A stretch of 64,000 bases of DNA from Chloroflexota bacterium (GCA_003243965.1 QHBO01000045.1:38552-102551), one strand, 5' to 3'. Positions 27,591 to 37,130 are shown, counted from the stretch's first letter. Program-made: numbers and translations. The notes: generated by a model from the sequence alone, not told the origin.

Positions 27591-28271
27591 TCAGCGGATG
27601 CCGGTGTCGTAGCTCAGGGTGACGGTTGGAGTCGGCTGATCCGGGAGTACCGTGATCTCCGCCGGCTGTGCGGTTCCCAGCATCCCGGGGACCGGCTGGG
27701 GGACGATCCGATAGGTGCCCGGCCCGACGGCCAGGGCAAAGGTCCCGTCGCCGCGTGTCGTCGTCCTCGCTACCTGTCTGCCCGACCGATCCTCGACGAC
27801 CACGACCGCGCCTGGCACGGGCCGCTCGGCGCAGCCCGGGTCGGGGGGGTAGCGCTGGACGGGGCAGGTCGGGCCGGCCAGCGCGATCCCAGAGATGCCC
27901 GGAACAGCGCCGGGGATTCCGGACGGCAGCGCATCCCCGCTCTCGCCGGTCGGCCGCACATCTCCCGCGGCACTGACATGGAATCCCCAGCGATGCTGAC
28001 CGATGCAGCCGGCCGGGCAGTCCCCCCACCCCATCCGCACCGTCACATTCCAGCCATCGGCGGCCGGCACGACGACGTACCAATTGGCCTGACCGATGAG
28101 CTTGTCGTCTCGGGCGCGGATGCCGGAGAAGCGGGGATCCTGTGCGAGCACGAGGCGGGCCGCCGCCGTGGCGTCGACCGTCGGCGCGGGGCTCCCGCCG
28201 CCCACGGCGGCGCACCCCGCCAGCCCGATCAGGGCGACCAAGGGCAGCGAGAGGCGGATCGACCGGCGCAT
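27591..28271 (-). CDS. Lipoprotein with Cys pairs and C-terminal prealbumin/carboxypeptidase-regulatory-like domain
   Basis: MRRSIRLSLPLVALIGLAGC lipobox; GWGDCPAGCI; AGPTCPV...C; G.F.L.VGPGTY. Confidence 0.75.
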   Translation of the reverse strand: MRRSIRLSLPLVALIGLAGCAAVGGGSPAPTVDATAAARLVLAQDPRFSGIRARDDKLIGQANWYVVVPAADGWNVTVRMGWGDCPAGCIGQHRWGFHVSAAGDVRPTGESGDALPSGIPGAVPGISGIALAGPTCPVQRYPPDPGCAERPVPGAVVVVEDRSGRQVARTTTRGDGTFALAVGPGTYRIVPQPVPGMLGTAQPAEITVLPDQPTPTVTLSYDTGIR

Positions 28272-28278
28272 GCCTGCC

Positions 28279-28305
28279 AGACGCCGGGCCAGGCCGCCCG
28301 GTTCC
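28279..28305 (-). promoter_or_regulatory. ECF-sigma-type promoter GGAACC-N16-CGTCT
   Basis: Lies 7 nt upstream of the lipoprotein ATG; AAC/CGT ECF consensus. Confidence 0.55.
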
Positions 28306-28418
28306 ACGCGAGCTACCGTCGGCTGCCACCCTGAAGGAGGGGGAATGCCGCGAATCCGGTTCCTCCCCATCCTGACCGCCGGGCGCCCGTGCGGGCCATT
28401 GGCGATCGCCCTGGCTGC

Positions 28419-29348
28419 CTACGCGGCCGTGGATCGACGCGCCACGGAGGCCAGTGCCCGGATCAGATTCGGATCCGCGTTGAGGGACTCGATCCGACCG
28501 AAGGCGAGCCCACAGCGCTCCGCCTGCGCTCGCGCACCGATGTCGACGTCATACAGCACCTCGAGATGGTCGGCGAGGAACTGGACAGGAGCAACGATCA
28601 CCGATCTGCGTCCGGCGGCCGCCAACTTGGGCATCAGATCCGCGAAGTCCGGCTTCATCCACTCGCCCGGCTCGTGACCGGCGCTCTGCCAGCAGAACTG
28701 CCATTCCTCCTCCGCCAGGCCGGCGCGGGCGGCGACCGCCTCGCCGGTGGTGCGAAGCTGCGCCAGGTAGCCGGGCTCCTGCTCCGCCACGTGCCTGGGA
28801 AGGCTGTGCGCGGTCATCAGCACGGCGGCCGCCTCCCGCTCCTCGGGCGCCATCCGCTCCAAGGCCGACCGAACACGCTCGGCGAGCGCCTCCACGAAGG
28901 CGGGCTCGTCATGCCAGGCACCCGCGATCCTGACCTCCCGCGCGGCGACGCCGAGGGCCTGCGCCGCGTCGGCAAGCGCCCGCGCGTAGCCGCTCATCAG
29001 CAGCGGCGAGTACTGAGGTGACAGGATGATCGCCACCACGGCGCTCGCGTCACGCGCGGCGAGCGCCCGCATGCCGTCGAGGATCGAGGGCTTCGAGAAG
29101 CGCATCCCGACCTCGACCGGCCAGCCCAGATGCGCTTCCAGCGCCGTCGCCTGGGAACGGGTGATCGGGATCAGGGGCGAACCACCGATCGCCCGGTAGC
29201 GACGGGTGAACTCGTCCACCAGCTCGACCCCCGGCTCCCGTCCGCCACGCACCTGGGCCAGGTAAGCGGCCACGTCCCGGCGCTCCAGCGACGCCGGTGA
29301 CCCGTAGGTCATCAGCAGGACGCCGTGCACCGCGTCGCGCTGCGTCAA
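28419..29348 (-). CDS. hemH: Ferrochelatase (coproporphyrin ferrochelatase type)
   Basis: LLMTYGSP, GGSPL, TAHSLP, WQSAG, W.KP and FLADHLEVLYDVD motifs. Confidence 0.95.
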   Translation of the reverse strand: MTQRDAVHGVLLMTYGSPASLERRDVAAYLAQVRGGREPGVELVDEFTRRYRAIGGSPLIPITRSQATALEAHLGWPVEVGMRFSKPSILDGMRALAARDASAVVAIILSPQYSPLLMSGYARALADAAQALGVAAREVRIAGAWHDEPAFVEALAERVRSALERMAPEEREAAAVLMTAHSLPRHVAEQEPGYLAQLRTTGEAVAARAGLAEEEWQFCWQSAGHEPGEWMKPDFADLMPKLAAAGRRSVIVAPVQFLADHLEVLYDVDIGARAQAERCGLAFGRIESLNADPNLIRALASVARRSTAA

Positions 29349-30391
29349 ACCTTGCTTCCCGCGGCGACGCCGATTCGGCTGGTCTGCTCGTGAACAAGAT
29401 CGACGAGGCGACGCAGCAGGCCGGGATCGGTGTCCGGCAGCACACCGTGGCCCAGGTTGAAGACGTGCCCCGGGCGGGCGGCCGCCTCCTCCAGCACGGC
29501 GCGTGCACCCTCGGCGGTCGCCTCCCAGCCGGCGAGCAGCCGCGACGCGTCGAGGTTCCCCTGGACGCCGCGGCCGGGACCTATCCGCCGCCAGGCATCG
29601 GCGAGGGAGACGCGATGGTCGATCCCGATCACGTCGCCCCCCGCCTCCGCCATCGCCTCCAGGAGGCCCGCGCTGCTGGTGGCGAAGTGGATGGACGGCA
29701 CACCAACGAGGCTGGCGAAGATGCGCCGCACGTGCGGCTGCACATAGCGCCGGTAATCGTCCGGGCCGAGGCCCCCGACCCAGCTGTCGAAGAGCTGCAC
29801 CGCCTCGGCACCCGCTTCGACCTGGGCGCGGAGGTAGGCGATGACCATCGTCGTCAGCCGCTCCATGAGGTCGTGCCAGGCGCGGGGGTCGCGGTACATG
29901 AATGCCTTGGCGAGCGCGTAGTCGCGCGACGGGCGGCCCTCGATCAGGTAGCAGGCCAGGGTGAACGGCGCGCCGGAAAAGCCGATGACCCCTGCCCGCC
30001 CGTCGAGCTCGCGTCGCACCAGCCGGATGGCGTCGAGGGTGAATCCCACCGCATCGGGCTCGAACGGACGCAGAGCCGCGACGTCTGCCGCCGACCGAAT
30101 CGGCCGCTCGATGATCGGTCCGACCTCCGGCTCGATGCGAAGCGCGACGCCCATCGGCTCCAGCGGCAGCATGATGTCGGCGAACAGGACGGCGGCATCG
30201 ACGCCCAGCTCCCGGACGGGCATCAGCGTCACCCGGGCGCAGAGCTCGGGGGTCTTGGCGAGCTCGAGGATGCCATGTCGCTCACGCAGCGCCCGATAGG
30301 CCGGAAACGTGCGTCCCGCCTGGCGCATGAACCAGACCGGGGTGGCGTCAACCGGCTCCCGCCGGCACGCACGCAGGAACCGATCCGTCAT
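29345..30391 (-). CDS. hemE: Uroporphyrinogen decarboxylase
   Basis: PVWFMRQAGR, LFADIM, GAPFTLACY and FNLGHG motifs. Confidence 0.97.
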   Translation of the reverse strand: MTDRFLRACRREPVDATPVWFMRQAGRTFPAYRALRERHGILELAKTPELCARVTLMPVRELGVDAAVLFADIMLPLEPMGVALRIEPEVGPIIERPIRSAADVAALRPFEPDAVGFTLDAIRLVRRELDGRAGVIGFSGAPFTLACYLIEGRPSRDYALAKAFMYRDPRAWHDLMERLTTMVIAYLRAQVEAGAEAVQLFDSWVGGLGPDDYRRYVQPHVRRIFASLVGVPSIHFATSSAGLLEAMAEAGGDVIGIDHRVSLADAWRRIGPGRGVQGNLDASRLLAGWEATAEGARAVLEEAAARPGHVFNLGHGVLPDTDPGLLRRLVDLVHEQTSRIGVAAGSKV

Positions 30392-31680
30392 GCAGCGAAC
30401 GCGGCGCGGGCCGCCTCGAGCGTGGCGTCGATCTCCACGCCGGTGTGCGCCATCGACAGGAACCACGCCTCGAAGGGCGAGGGCGGCAGCAGAATCCCGC
30501 GGTCGAGCATCGCGCCGAAGAAGCGAGCGTACGCCGCGCGGTCGGACGACAGCGCCTCTGCGGCGTTGTGCGGCACGCTCGGGCGAAAGAAGACGGTGAG
30601 CAGCGACCCGACACGGGCGATCGCGATCTGCCGGTTCGCGCCGGCGGCGGCGGCCTGCAGCCCGAGCTCGAGGTGCTCCGCGGCCACTTCCAACCGACCA
30701 TAGCGCTCCGGGGTCAGAGCGGCCAGCGTGGCGATGCCGGCCGCCATCGAGAGCGGGTGCCCCGACAGCGTCCCGGCCTGGTAGACCGGGCCGGCCGGTG
30801 CCACGAGCTCCATCAGGTCGGCCCGGCCGCCGTAGGCGCCGATCGGCATGCCGCCCCCGATGATCTTGCCGAGCGTCGTCAGGTCGGGGTGGATGCCGAA
30901 ACGGGCCTGGGCGCCACCGGCTCCGAGACGGAAGCCGGTGATCACCTCGTCGAAGAGCAGCAGGGCGCCGGCGGCGCGGCTCGTGTCACGGACATGCTCG
31001 AGGAACCGCGGCTGGGGGGCGATGACGCCCACGTTCGCGGCCACCGGCTCGACGACCACCGCCGCGATCCGCTCGCCGTGCGCCGCGAACGCCGCCGTCA
31101 CCGCTGCCAGGTCGTTGTACGGAAGCACGACGGTGAGTCTCGCGGTTGCGGCGGGCACGCCGGCGCTGCCTGGGATTGCCTGCGTGGCAACGCCGGAGCC
31201 GGCCTCCACCAGCAGCCCGTCGGCGTGGCCGTGGTACGCGCCCGCGAACTTGACGATCATGTCCCGGCCAGTGGCCGCGCGCGCCAGCCGCACGGCGCTC
31301 ATCACCGCCTCGGTCCCCGATGACGTGAAGCGAAGCCGCTCGATCGAGGGCATCGCGCGCCGGATCGCCTCGCCCAGCTCGACCTCGAGCGGGTGGGTGG
31401 CGCCCAATGCGAAACCGTTCCGGGCCGCCCGGCCGACGGCCTCGACCACGTCCGGATGCGCGTGACCGAGCATGCCCGACCCCCATCCGCCGATGTAGTC
31501 GACGTAGCGCCGCCCGTCTGCATCCCAGACGTGCGGCCCTTCGCCACGTTGCAGCACGAGGGGCGCGCGCCCCACCGCGCGAAAGGCACGGACCGGACTG
31601 TTGACGCCGCCCGGAAACAGCGCCTCGGCCCGCGTGGCGAGGTCTGAGCTACGCGTCGTGCGCACGGTCGGGGCCGTCAC
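30388..31680 (-). CDS. hemL: Glutamate-1-semialdehyde 2,1-aminomutase
   Basis: PGGVNSPVRAF, SSGTEA, FDEVITGFR, GKIIGGG and YQAGTLSG motifs. Confidence 0.97.
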   Translation of the reverse strand: MTAPTVRTTRSSDLATRAEALFPGGVNSPVRAFRAVGRAPLVLQRGEGPHVWDADGRRYVDYIGGWGSGMLGHAHPDVVEAVGRAARNGFALGATHPLEVELGEAIRRAMPSIERLRFTSSGTEAVMSAVRLARAATGRDMIVKFAGAYHGHADGLLVEAGSGVATQAIPGSAGVPAATARLTVVLPYNDLAAVTAAFAAHGERIAAVVVEPVAANVGVIAPQPRFLEHVRDTSRAAGALLLFDEVITGFRLGAGGAQARFGIHPDLTTLGKIIGGGMPIGAYGGRADLMELVAPAGPVYQAGTLSGHPLSMAAGIATLAALTPERYGRLEVAAEHLELGLQAAAAGANRQIAIARVGSLLTVFFRPSVPHNAAEALSSDRAAYARFFGAMLDRGILLPPSPFEAWFLSMAHTGVEIDATLEAARAAFAA

Positions 31681-32366
31681 GACGCACCCAGGATGCCGAG
31701 GATCTCCTCGACTGGGCGGTGGATGCCGACCAGGATCGGCGTGTCCCCCACCGTCGACCGGCGGCTCTCGGTCGCGCGCAACGCCCGGACGAGGTCGCCG
31801 AAGGCGGCCAGATCATCGGTCTCGTAGGCGACGACGAAGTCCTGGTCGTCGAGCCCGAACGAGTAGGCCAACAGTTGGCGCACCATCGGGTACTCGTGCC
31901 CCACGCGCATGTGCTCGTTCATGACGCCCTGGCGAGCCTCGCGCGGAAGGAGGTACCACTCCGCGCTCTTGGTGAACGGGTAGACGACGAGGTACCGCGA
32001 GCGCTCGCCGGCAAACAGCGACTGCTCCTGGTCGGTCGGCTTCTTCACGTACTGCGACGCGCCGACGCGACCGATGAGCGAGTGACGCACGGTCATCCAG
32101 CGGCCCAGGCCGCTCCGCAGCAGCCGCGCAGCGGCGGTCTCGAGCGCGTCGATGCTCGGCGCCATGCGCCACAGGATCAGGTCGACGCCCGCCTGAAGGC
32201 CGATGGAGGAGTACGTCACGCCGCGCACACCATCGCGCACCGCGTCGGCAACCGCATCGAGGAGCTGCCGGCCGTCAGCCTGCCGAGCCTCGTCGCTCGC
32301 GCGACGCCACGCCGGCTCCACACCGAGCGCCAGCGCCTGGACGTAGATCTGGTCGTCGGCGCTCAT
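31677..32366 (-). CDS. chdC: Coproheme decarboxylase (chlorite dismutase family)
   Basis: YPFTK..WY, M.EH...G and SFGLDD motifs; inside the hem operon (HemQ). Confidence 0.88.
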   Translation of the reverse strand: MSADDQIYVQALALGVEPAWRRASDEARQADGRQLLDAVADAVRDGVRGVTYSSIGLQAGVDLILWRMAPSIDALETAAARLLRSGLGRWMTVRHSLIGRVGASQYVKKPTDQEQSLFAGERSRYLVVYPFTKSAEWYLLPREARQGVMNEHMRVGHEYPMVRQLLAYSFGLDDQDFVVAYETDDLAAFGDLVRALRATESRRSTVGDTPILVGIHRPVEEILGILGAS

Positions 32367-33394
32367 CGGTCCTCACGCAGCCAGGTCGCCAGATCCACGG
32401 CGGCGTAGGTGATGACGATCCCAGCACCGGCCCGAACCATCGCCGTCACCGCCTCGGCCATCGCCCCGCGCCGATCGAGCCAGCCGCGCTCCGCGGCCGC
32501 GGCCAACATCGCGTACTCGCCCGAAACCTGGTACGCAGCGATCGGCATCTCGAAGCGCGCGCGTGCCGCGGCGATAAGGTCCAGGCCCGGCAGCGCCGGC
32601 TTGACGAGGAGCAGGTCAGCGCCCTCGGCCGCGTCGAGCGCCATCTCGCGCATCGCCTCCCGGCCATTGGCCGGATCCATTTGATAGCCACGCCGATCGC
32701 CGAACGCCGGTGCACTGCCGGCGGCCTCGCGAAACGGCCCGTAGAACGCCGAGGCGTGCTTGGCGGCGTAGGCCATGATCGCGGTCTCGCCCAGCCGAGC
32801 GGCATCCAGCGCGGCCCGGATCGCGGCCACCTGGCCGTCCATCATGGCGCTCGGAGCCACGATGTCGGCCCCTGCGCGCGCTTGGCTGACCGCGATCTCC
32901 GCCAGTCGCCCCAACGCGGCGTCATTGTCCACCGAGCCGTCGGGGGCCAGGGGGCCGCAGTGCCCGTGGTCCGTGTACTCGCACAGGCAGGTGTCGGCGA
33001 TCGAGACCAGCGGCAGGTCGAGGGCCCGGACGCGGCGCAGCGCGTCCTGCACGGCTCCCCAATCCGAGGATGCCTCCGTCCCGAGTGCGTCCTTCGTATC
33101 CGGCAGACCGAAGAGCAGGATGCCGCCGATCCCGAGCTCGGCGAGGCGAACCGCCTCGCCGGCCGCCACGTCCGGCGAGATGCGGTCCACTCCGGGCAGC
33201 GAGGCGACCGGCTCGCGAACCCCTTTCCCGTGGCGCACGAACAGGGGCGCGACCAGCATCGTGGGGTGGAGGCGGTGCTCGCGCACCAGCGCACGCAGCG
33301 CGGACGTTCGTCGCAGCCGCCGCGGGCGAATGGCGCCGCCGGTCGCAGGCGCGCGAGGCACGGCCGTGGTTGGCAGCTCGAGATCGAGGGTCAT
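32363..33394 (-). CDS. hemB: Porphobilinogen synthase (Zn type)
   Basis: RPRRLR, DTCLCEYTDHGHCG, SAFYGPFREA, VKP and YQVSGEY motifs. Confidence 0.97.
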   Translation of the reverse strand: MTLDLELPTTAVPRAPATGGAIRPRRLRRTSALRALVREHRLHPTMLVAPLFVRHGKGVREPVASLPGVDRISPDVAAGEAVRLAELGIGGILLFGLPDTKDALGTEASSDWGAVQDALRRVRALDLPLVSIADTCLCEYTDHGHCGPLAPDGSVDNDAALGRLAEIAVSQARAGADIVAPSAMMDGQVAAIRAALDAARLGETAIMAYAAKHASAFYGPFREAAGSAPAFGDRRGYQMDPANGREAMREMALDAAEGADLLLVKPALPGLDLIAAARARFEMPIAAYQVSGEYAMLAAAAERGWLDRRGAMAEAVTAMVRAGAGIVITYAAVDLATWLREDR

Positions 33395-35145
33395 CGGTTC
33401 TCCTGTGGCTCTGGGGTGAGGAGGCGGGCCACGGCCTCGGCCAGCGCGCGCGCCTCTGGCACGGGTGAGATGGCGACGGACGAGAACCCTGCGCGCCGGG
33501 CCAGTTCGCCGGTCTGGGGTCCGATACAGATGGCCGGCAGCGAGGTGACGCCCGGCCAATCGCCGCCTGCGAGGCGCAGCAACCCGCGGACGGTCGAGCC
33601 ACTGCTGAACACCACAGCGTCGATCGGCCCCTCGGCCAGCGCGCGCCGCAGCAGCTGCCGGGAGCTCTCCGGCGCTTCCCGGGTCCGGTAGCCGACCACG
33701 TCGTCGACCGCCGCTCCCCGAGCGCGGAGCGCGTCCGCGAGCTGGGCACCGGCCAGGTCGCCGCGCACCAGCAGCACGCGATCTCCCGGTACGATCGGCA
33801 GGGTGGCGCCCATGGCGGCCGCGCTGCTCCAATCCGGCTGATGATCGACTGCGATTCCCGCCCGTTCGAGAGCGGCCCGCGTCGTCGGCCCGATGGCCGC
33901 CCAGCGAGGCGTCGGACGGGGGCGGGACTCCTGAGAGGAGAAGCCTTCGGCGCCTTGAGCGTCGGCGACACGCGCGGCCACGGTGCCGGCGACGACCAGC
34001 ATGGCCCGCGCGCCGTTGGCGCTGGTCACCACCACCCACGAGTAGGTGTCGAGCTGGCGAACCGCCTCGAGGAGCTCACCTTCGGGTGCCTCGAGCTCGA
34101 TGGCGATGGTCGGCACGGCGATGCCGGCCAGGCCGCAGCGGCCCAGCTCGGTGAGGAGCTCCTGCGCCTGATCGGCTCCCCGGGTGACGAGCACGCGGCG
34201 GCACGCGGCGGGCGGCTGCTGTCGGGCGCTCGTCGTCGCCGGGTGTGGCCAGTCGAGCTCCGCCGCGAGGGCCCGGCCGAGCGCCGCGCCGTCAGCCAGC
34301 GGGCCCCGGCGGCGACCGGTGCGCGCGGCCGATCCGTCGGGATGCGCATGGCCGCCGAGCAGCTCGAGCTCTTCGCCGACGACCGTCGCCAGCGCGCCGA
34401 TCGGCGAGCGGCATCCACCGCCGCACGCTGCCAGGAACGCCCGCTCGGACTCGACCGCGACGCGGGTCGGGAGATGATCCAGCTCGCCGACCAGGGCACA
34501 CATCGCCGCGTCGGCTCGGCGGACCTGGACAGCGACGGCGCCCTGACCCGGGGCGGGAGGAAGGAGCGATGGCTCGAGGCGCTCGGCAATCCGACCACCG
34601 AGACCGAGTCGATCGAGGCCAGCACAGGCGAGCACCAGCGCATCGGTCTCGCCCTCGTCGAGGCGCCGCAGCCTGGTGTCGACATTGCCGTGAAGCGGGT
34701 GAAGCTCGAGGTCCGGGCGGTGGGCCCGCAGGAAGCCGGCGCGGCGCGGACTGTCCGTTCCCACCCGGCAGCCCGCCGGGAGGAGGTCGAGCCGTGACGG
34801 GCGGCCGTCGTCCGCAACCAGCGCGTCGCGCACGACCAGCGCGTCGCGAGCGTCGGCGCGCTCGAGGTACGCGCCGATCAGCAGTCGGCGATCCTCGGCG
34901 GTGGGGATGTCCTTCGCCGAGTGGATGGCGACATCGACGCTGCTCTCGATCAGGGCCTGCTCGAGCGCTGCCACGAATGCCCCCTCACCCCAGACCGCGT
35001 CGGGAGCCCCTCGATCGCCGTCGGTCTCGACGATCATCAGCCGGCTCGAGCGCCCGGCGCGGCCGAGGGCGTCGGCCACGAGGCGCGCCTGGGCGAGCGC
35101 GAGTGCACTGCCCCGCGTCCCGATCCGGATCTCGGCCTGGCTCAT
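33391..35145 (-). CDS. hemC: Hydroxymethylbilane synthase fused to uroporphyrinogen-III synthase (HemC-HemD)
   Basis: GTRGSALALAQ, HSAKDIP, GNVDTRL, GGGCRSP; then VLVTR, TSANG, IGPTT, FSSGSTV and CIGPQT (HemD), all in one frame. Confidence 0.93.
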   Translation of the reverse strand: MSQAEIRIGTRGSALALAQARLVADALGRAGRSSRLMIVETDGDRGAPDAVWGEGAFVAALEQALIESSVDVAIHSAKDIPTAEDRRLLIGAYLERADARDALVVRDALVADDGRPSRLDLLPAGCRVGTDSPRRAGFLRAHRPDLELHPLHGNVDTRLRRLDEGETDALVLACAGLDRLGLGGRIAERLEPSLLPPAPGQGAVAVQVRRADAAMCALVGELDHLPTRVAVESERAFLAACGGGCRSPIGALATVVGEELELLGGHAHPDGSAARTGRRRGPLADGAALGRALAAELDWPHPATTSARQQPPAACRRVLVTRGADQAQELLTELGRCGLAGIAVPTIAIELEAPEGELLEAVRQLDTYSWVVVTSANGARAMLVVAGTVAARVADAQGAEGFSSQESRPRPTPRWAAIGPTTRAALERAGIAVDHQPDWSSAAAMGATLPIVPGDRVLLVRGDLAGAQLADALRARGAAVDDVVGYRTREAPESSRQLLRRALAEGPIDAVVFSSGSTVRGLLRLAGGDWPGVTSLPAICIGPQTGELARRAGFSSVAISPVPEARALAEAVARLLTPEPQENR

Positions 35146-36290
35146 ATCGCGAACAGGTCGCGGGCCGCCTGCTCGGCGCGACCGTCCGCGTCGTGGCCCA
35201 GGCGGTCGAGCGGCTCCCGGAGGAGACGGCCGGCCAGGTGCCTGCTCATCGCCTCGATCGCGACGCGTACCTCCGGATCGAGGTCCGGAAAGCGACGCCA
35301 CAGCGCATCCAGCTCGGCGCTCCGCTGCGACTCCACCCGTTCGGCGAGCGCGGCAGCCGTCGCGCGGCCGCCTCTGCGAGCGAGCCAATCGGTGAACTCG
35401 GAGAGCGTGGCGTCGATCAGCGCGCGCAGCCGTGCGTGCACCGGTTGGCCCCGTTGCGCCTCTGCCACCAGCGCGTCGGCCGACAGGAAGCGGTCCGCGA
35501 GCCGCTCCGCGAGCTCGGCGGGAGCCGCCGGCGGCACCGACAGGTCGACAACCACGGCGCCGCCGGTGACCAAAGCGTCCATCGTCGCCGAGCTGATCAG
35601 CCACGGGCCACGCAGCGCGACGATGACTCCACTAATCCGCGCCGCGTCGCGCCCGGGATCCATTGGCGCCGACTCGACGCCGGCATGCCTCGCCAGCTCG
35701 CCCGCGTGAGCCTCGGTTCGGCTCGATACCGAGACCGATGCGCCCGCGGCGGCGGCGGCGCGCACCGCGAGGCGGCCCATCCCTCCGGCTCCGATGACCA
35801 GTACCCGTCGTTCGCTCAGCGAACCGACGCGCCGCCCAACCGCCGACAGCGCGACATCGGCCAGCGATGCCGGTGGTCCCTGCCGCCACGAGCGGGCCAG
35901 GCGGCCGGAGCGGAGGGCGATGCTGAACAGCCGATCGAGCACCGGGTCGAGCCCGTCAACGCGCTGTGCCTCGGCAACCGAGCTTCGGAGCTGGTGGAGA
36001 AGCTGGTCCTCGCCGAGCACGACGGAGTCGATGCCGACCGCCATCCCGAGGGCATGGCGCACGGCCTGCTCGCCGACCAGAACCCGCGCGCCGGCCGGCA
36101 GCAGTTCCGTCGCGCGATCGCCATGCCATCCGTTCGCGGTGTAGAGCTCCACGCGGTGGCACGTCTCGAGGAGCAGGCTCTCGGGCGGGGCTGTCTCCGC
36201 CAGGAGGCCCGCCAGCCGCTCTCGCTCCGCGACCGCGATGTGGCGCGCATGGCCGACCACGGCCGTGATGCGCGCCGCCTCGATCGTCAC
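35142..36290 (-). CDS. hemA: Glutamyl-tRNA reductase (divergent)
   Basis: ETCHRVE (catalytic Cys), GIDSVVLGEDQ, GAGGMG and DLSVP motifs. Confidence 0.88.
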   Translation of the reverse strand: MTIEAARITAVVGHARHIAVAERERLAGLLAETAPPESLLLETCHRVELYTANGWHGDRATELLPAGARVLVGEQAVRHALGMAVGIDSVVLGEDQLLHQLRSSVAEAQRVDGLDPVLDRLFSIALRSGRLARSWRQGPPASLADVALSAVGRRVGSLSERRVLVIGAGGMGRLAVRAAAAAGASVSVSSRTEAHAGELARHAGVESAPMDPGRDAARISGVIVALRGPWLISSATMDALVTGGAVVVDLSVPPAAPAELAERLADRFLSADALVAEAQRGQPVHARLRALIDATLSEFTDWLARRGGRATAAALAERVESQRSAELDALWRRFPDLDPEVRVAIEAMSRHLAGRLLREPLDRLGHDADGRAEQAARDLFAI

Positions 36291-36991
36291 TGCGTAGCCC
36301 GCTGGCGGCCCAGCCGGACCGCCTGGCCGCGGACCGGGCGCCGGCGCCCGTGCACCGATCCGGCATGCCCGCCCATGGTCGCCAGAAGCATCTCGTCCAT
36401 CGCCCGCTCGGCGGCCTCGAGGAGCTCGGTCGTCTCCCGGGTGTCGAATCCCCGCCGCCGGGCGGCGGTGGCGAGCTCATGGTGAAATGGGGCACGGAAT
36501 CGCAGGAAGCCCTCGACCGTCTGGCTCAGGGACAGACCCTCGGCCGCGGCGACCCGCCCGTAGTCGCCGGCATTCAGCGCCGCCTCTCGGAGTTGCCCGG
36601 CGGCCGCCATACCATCGGGCGCGTCAAGATAGCGGAGCAGGCGGGCGGCGAGAACATGGCCGCGCTCGCGAAACCGGGCGCGTTGCTCATCGGTCAGCTC
36701 CAGCACCCAGGCAAGCTCGGACGCGGCCTCGCGTCTGGCCCGACGATAGCTGCGGGTGATGCGCGTCGTCGTCAGGCCGGCGCTTCCGAGCGACGGCCGG
36801 TGCGAACGGTCGGCGGGGAGCAGGCGCTCCAGGCCCTGACGCGAGAATCGGCGATGGCCGCCCGGCGTGGTGAAGACCCGAACCCGACCCGCGTCACCCC
36901 AGCGCCGGAGAGTCGCGGGCGAGACGCCCAGCACACCGCTCGCCTCGGACAGGCGCAGCCAATCGGGATCTCGGGTCGGACGACTGCCCAA
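36287..36991 (-). CDS. MerR/BldC/excisionase-like HTH regulator with all-helical C-terminal (RsbRD_N/globin-like) domain
   Basis: LRLSEASGVLGVSPATLRRW.DAG...TPGGHRRF; GTGA overlap with hemA. Confidence 0.8.
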   Translation of the reverse strand: MGSRPTRDPDWLRLSEASGVLGVSPATLRRWGDAGRVRVFTTPGGHRRFSRQGLERLLPADRSHRPSLGSAGLTTTRITRSYRRARREAASELAWVLELTDEQRARFRERGHVLAARLLRYLDAPDGMAAAGQLREAALNAGDYGRVAAAEGLSLSQTVEGFLRFRAPFHHELATAARRRGFDTRETTELLEAAERAMDEMLLATMGGHAGSVHGRRRPVRGQAVRLGRQRATQ

Positions 36992-36992
36992 A

Positions 36993-37009
36993 ATCTACCT
37001 ATATCTACC
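36993..37009. promoter_or_regulatory. Direct repeat ATCTACC x2 (10-bp period) at the start of the hem operon
   Basis: AT-rich patch AAAATCTACCTATATCTACC abutting the start codon; minus-strand -10 TATAGT at 37030-37035. Confidence 0.55.
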
Positions 37010-37130
37010 GGAAGGTGATCGACCCGGTCACTATAGCCGGTCCGCCGATCCTCCGGCGTGGGACATTTCGTGGTGCGGCCGGGGCCACGGCGGCCATCGG
37101 CGCATCGGCAAGGCGCAGAGGAGCGATGAC

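Noticed and set aside
31677..32366. Chlorite dismutase (perchlorate respiration)
   Set aside because: Embedded in the hem operon, with Gln (VRQL) at the apparent distal position; fits coproheme decarboxylase.
36287..36991. Phage excisionase or mobile element
   Set aside because: The HTH is Xis-like, but there is no integrase or att site and the gene is coupled to hemA.
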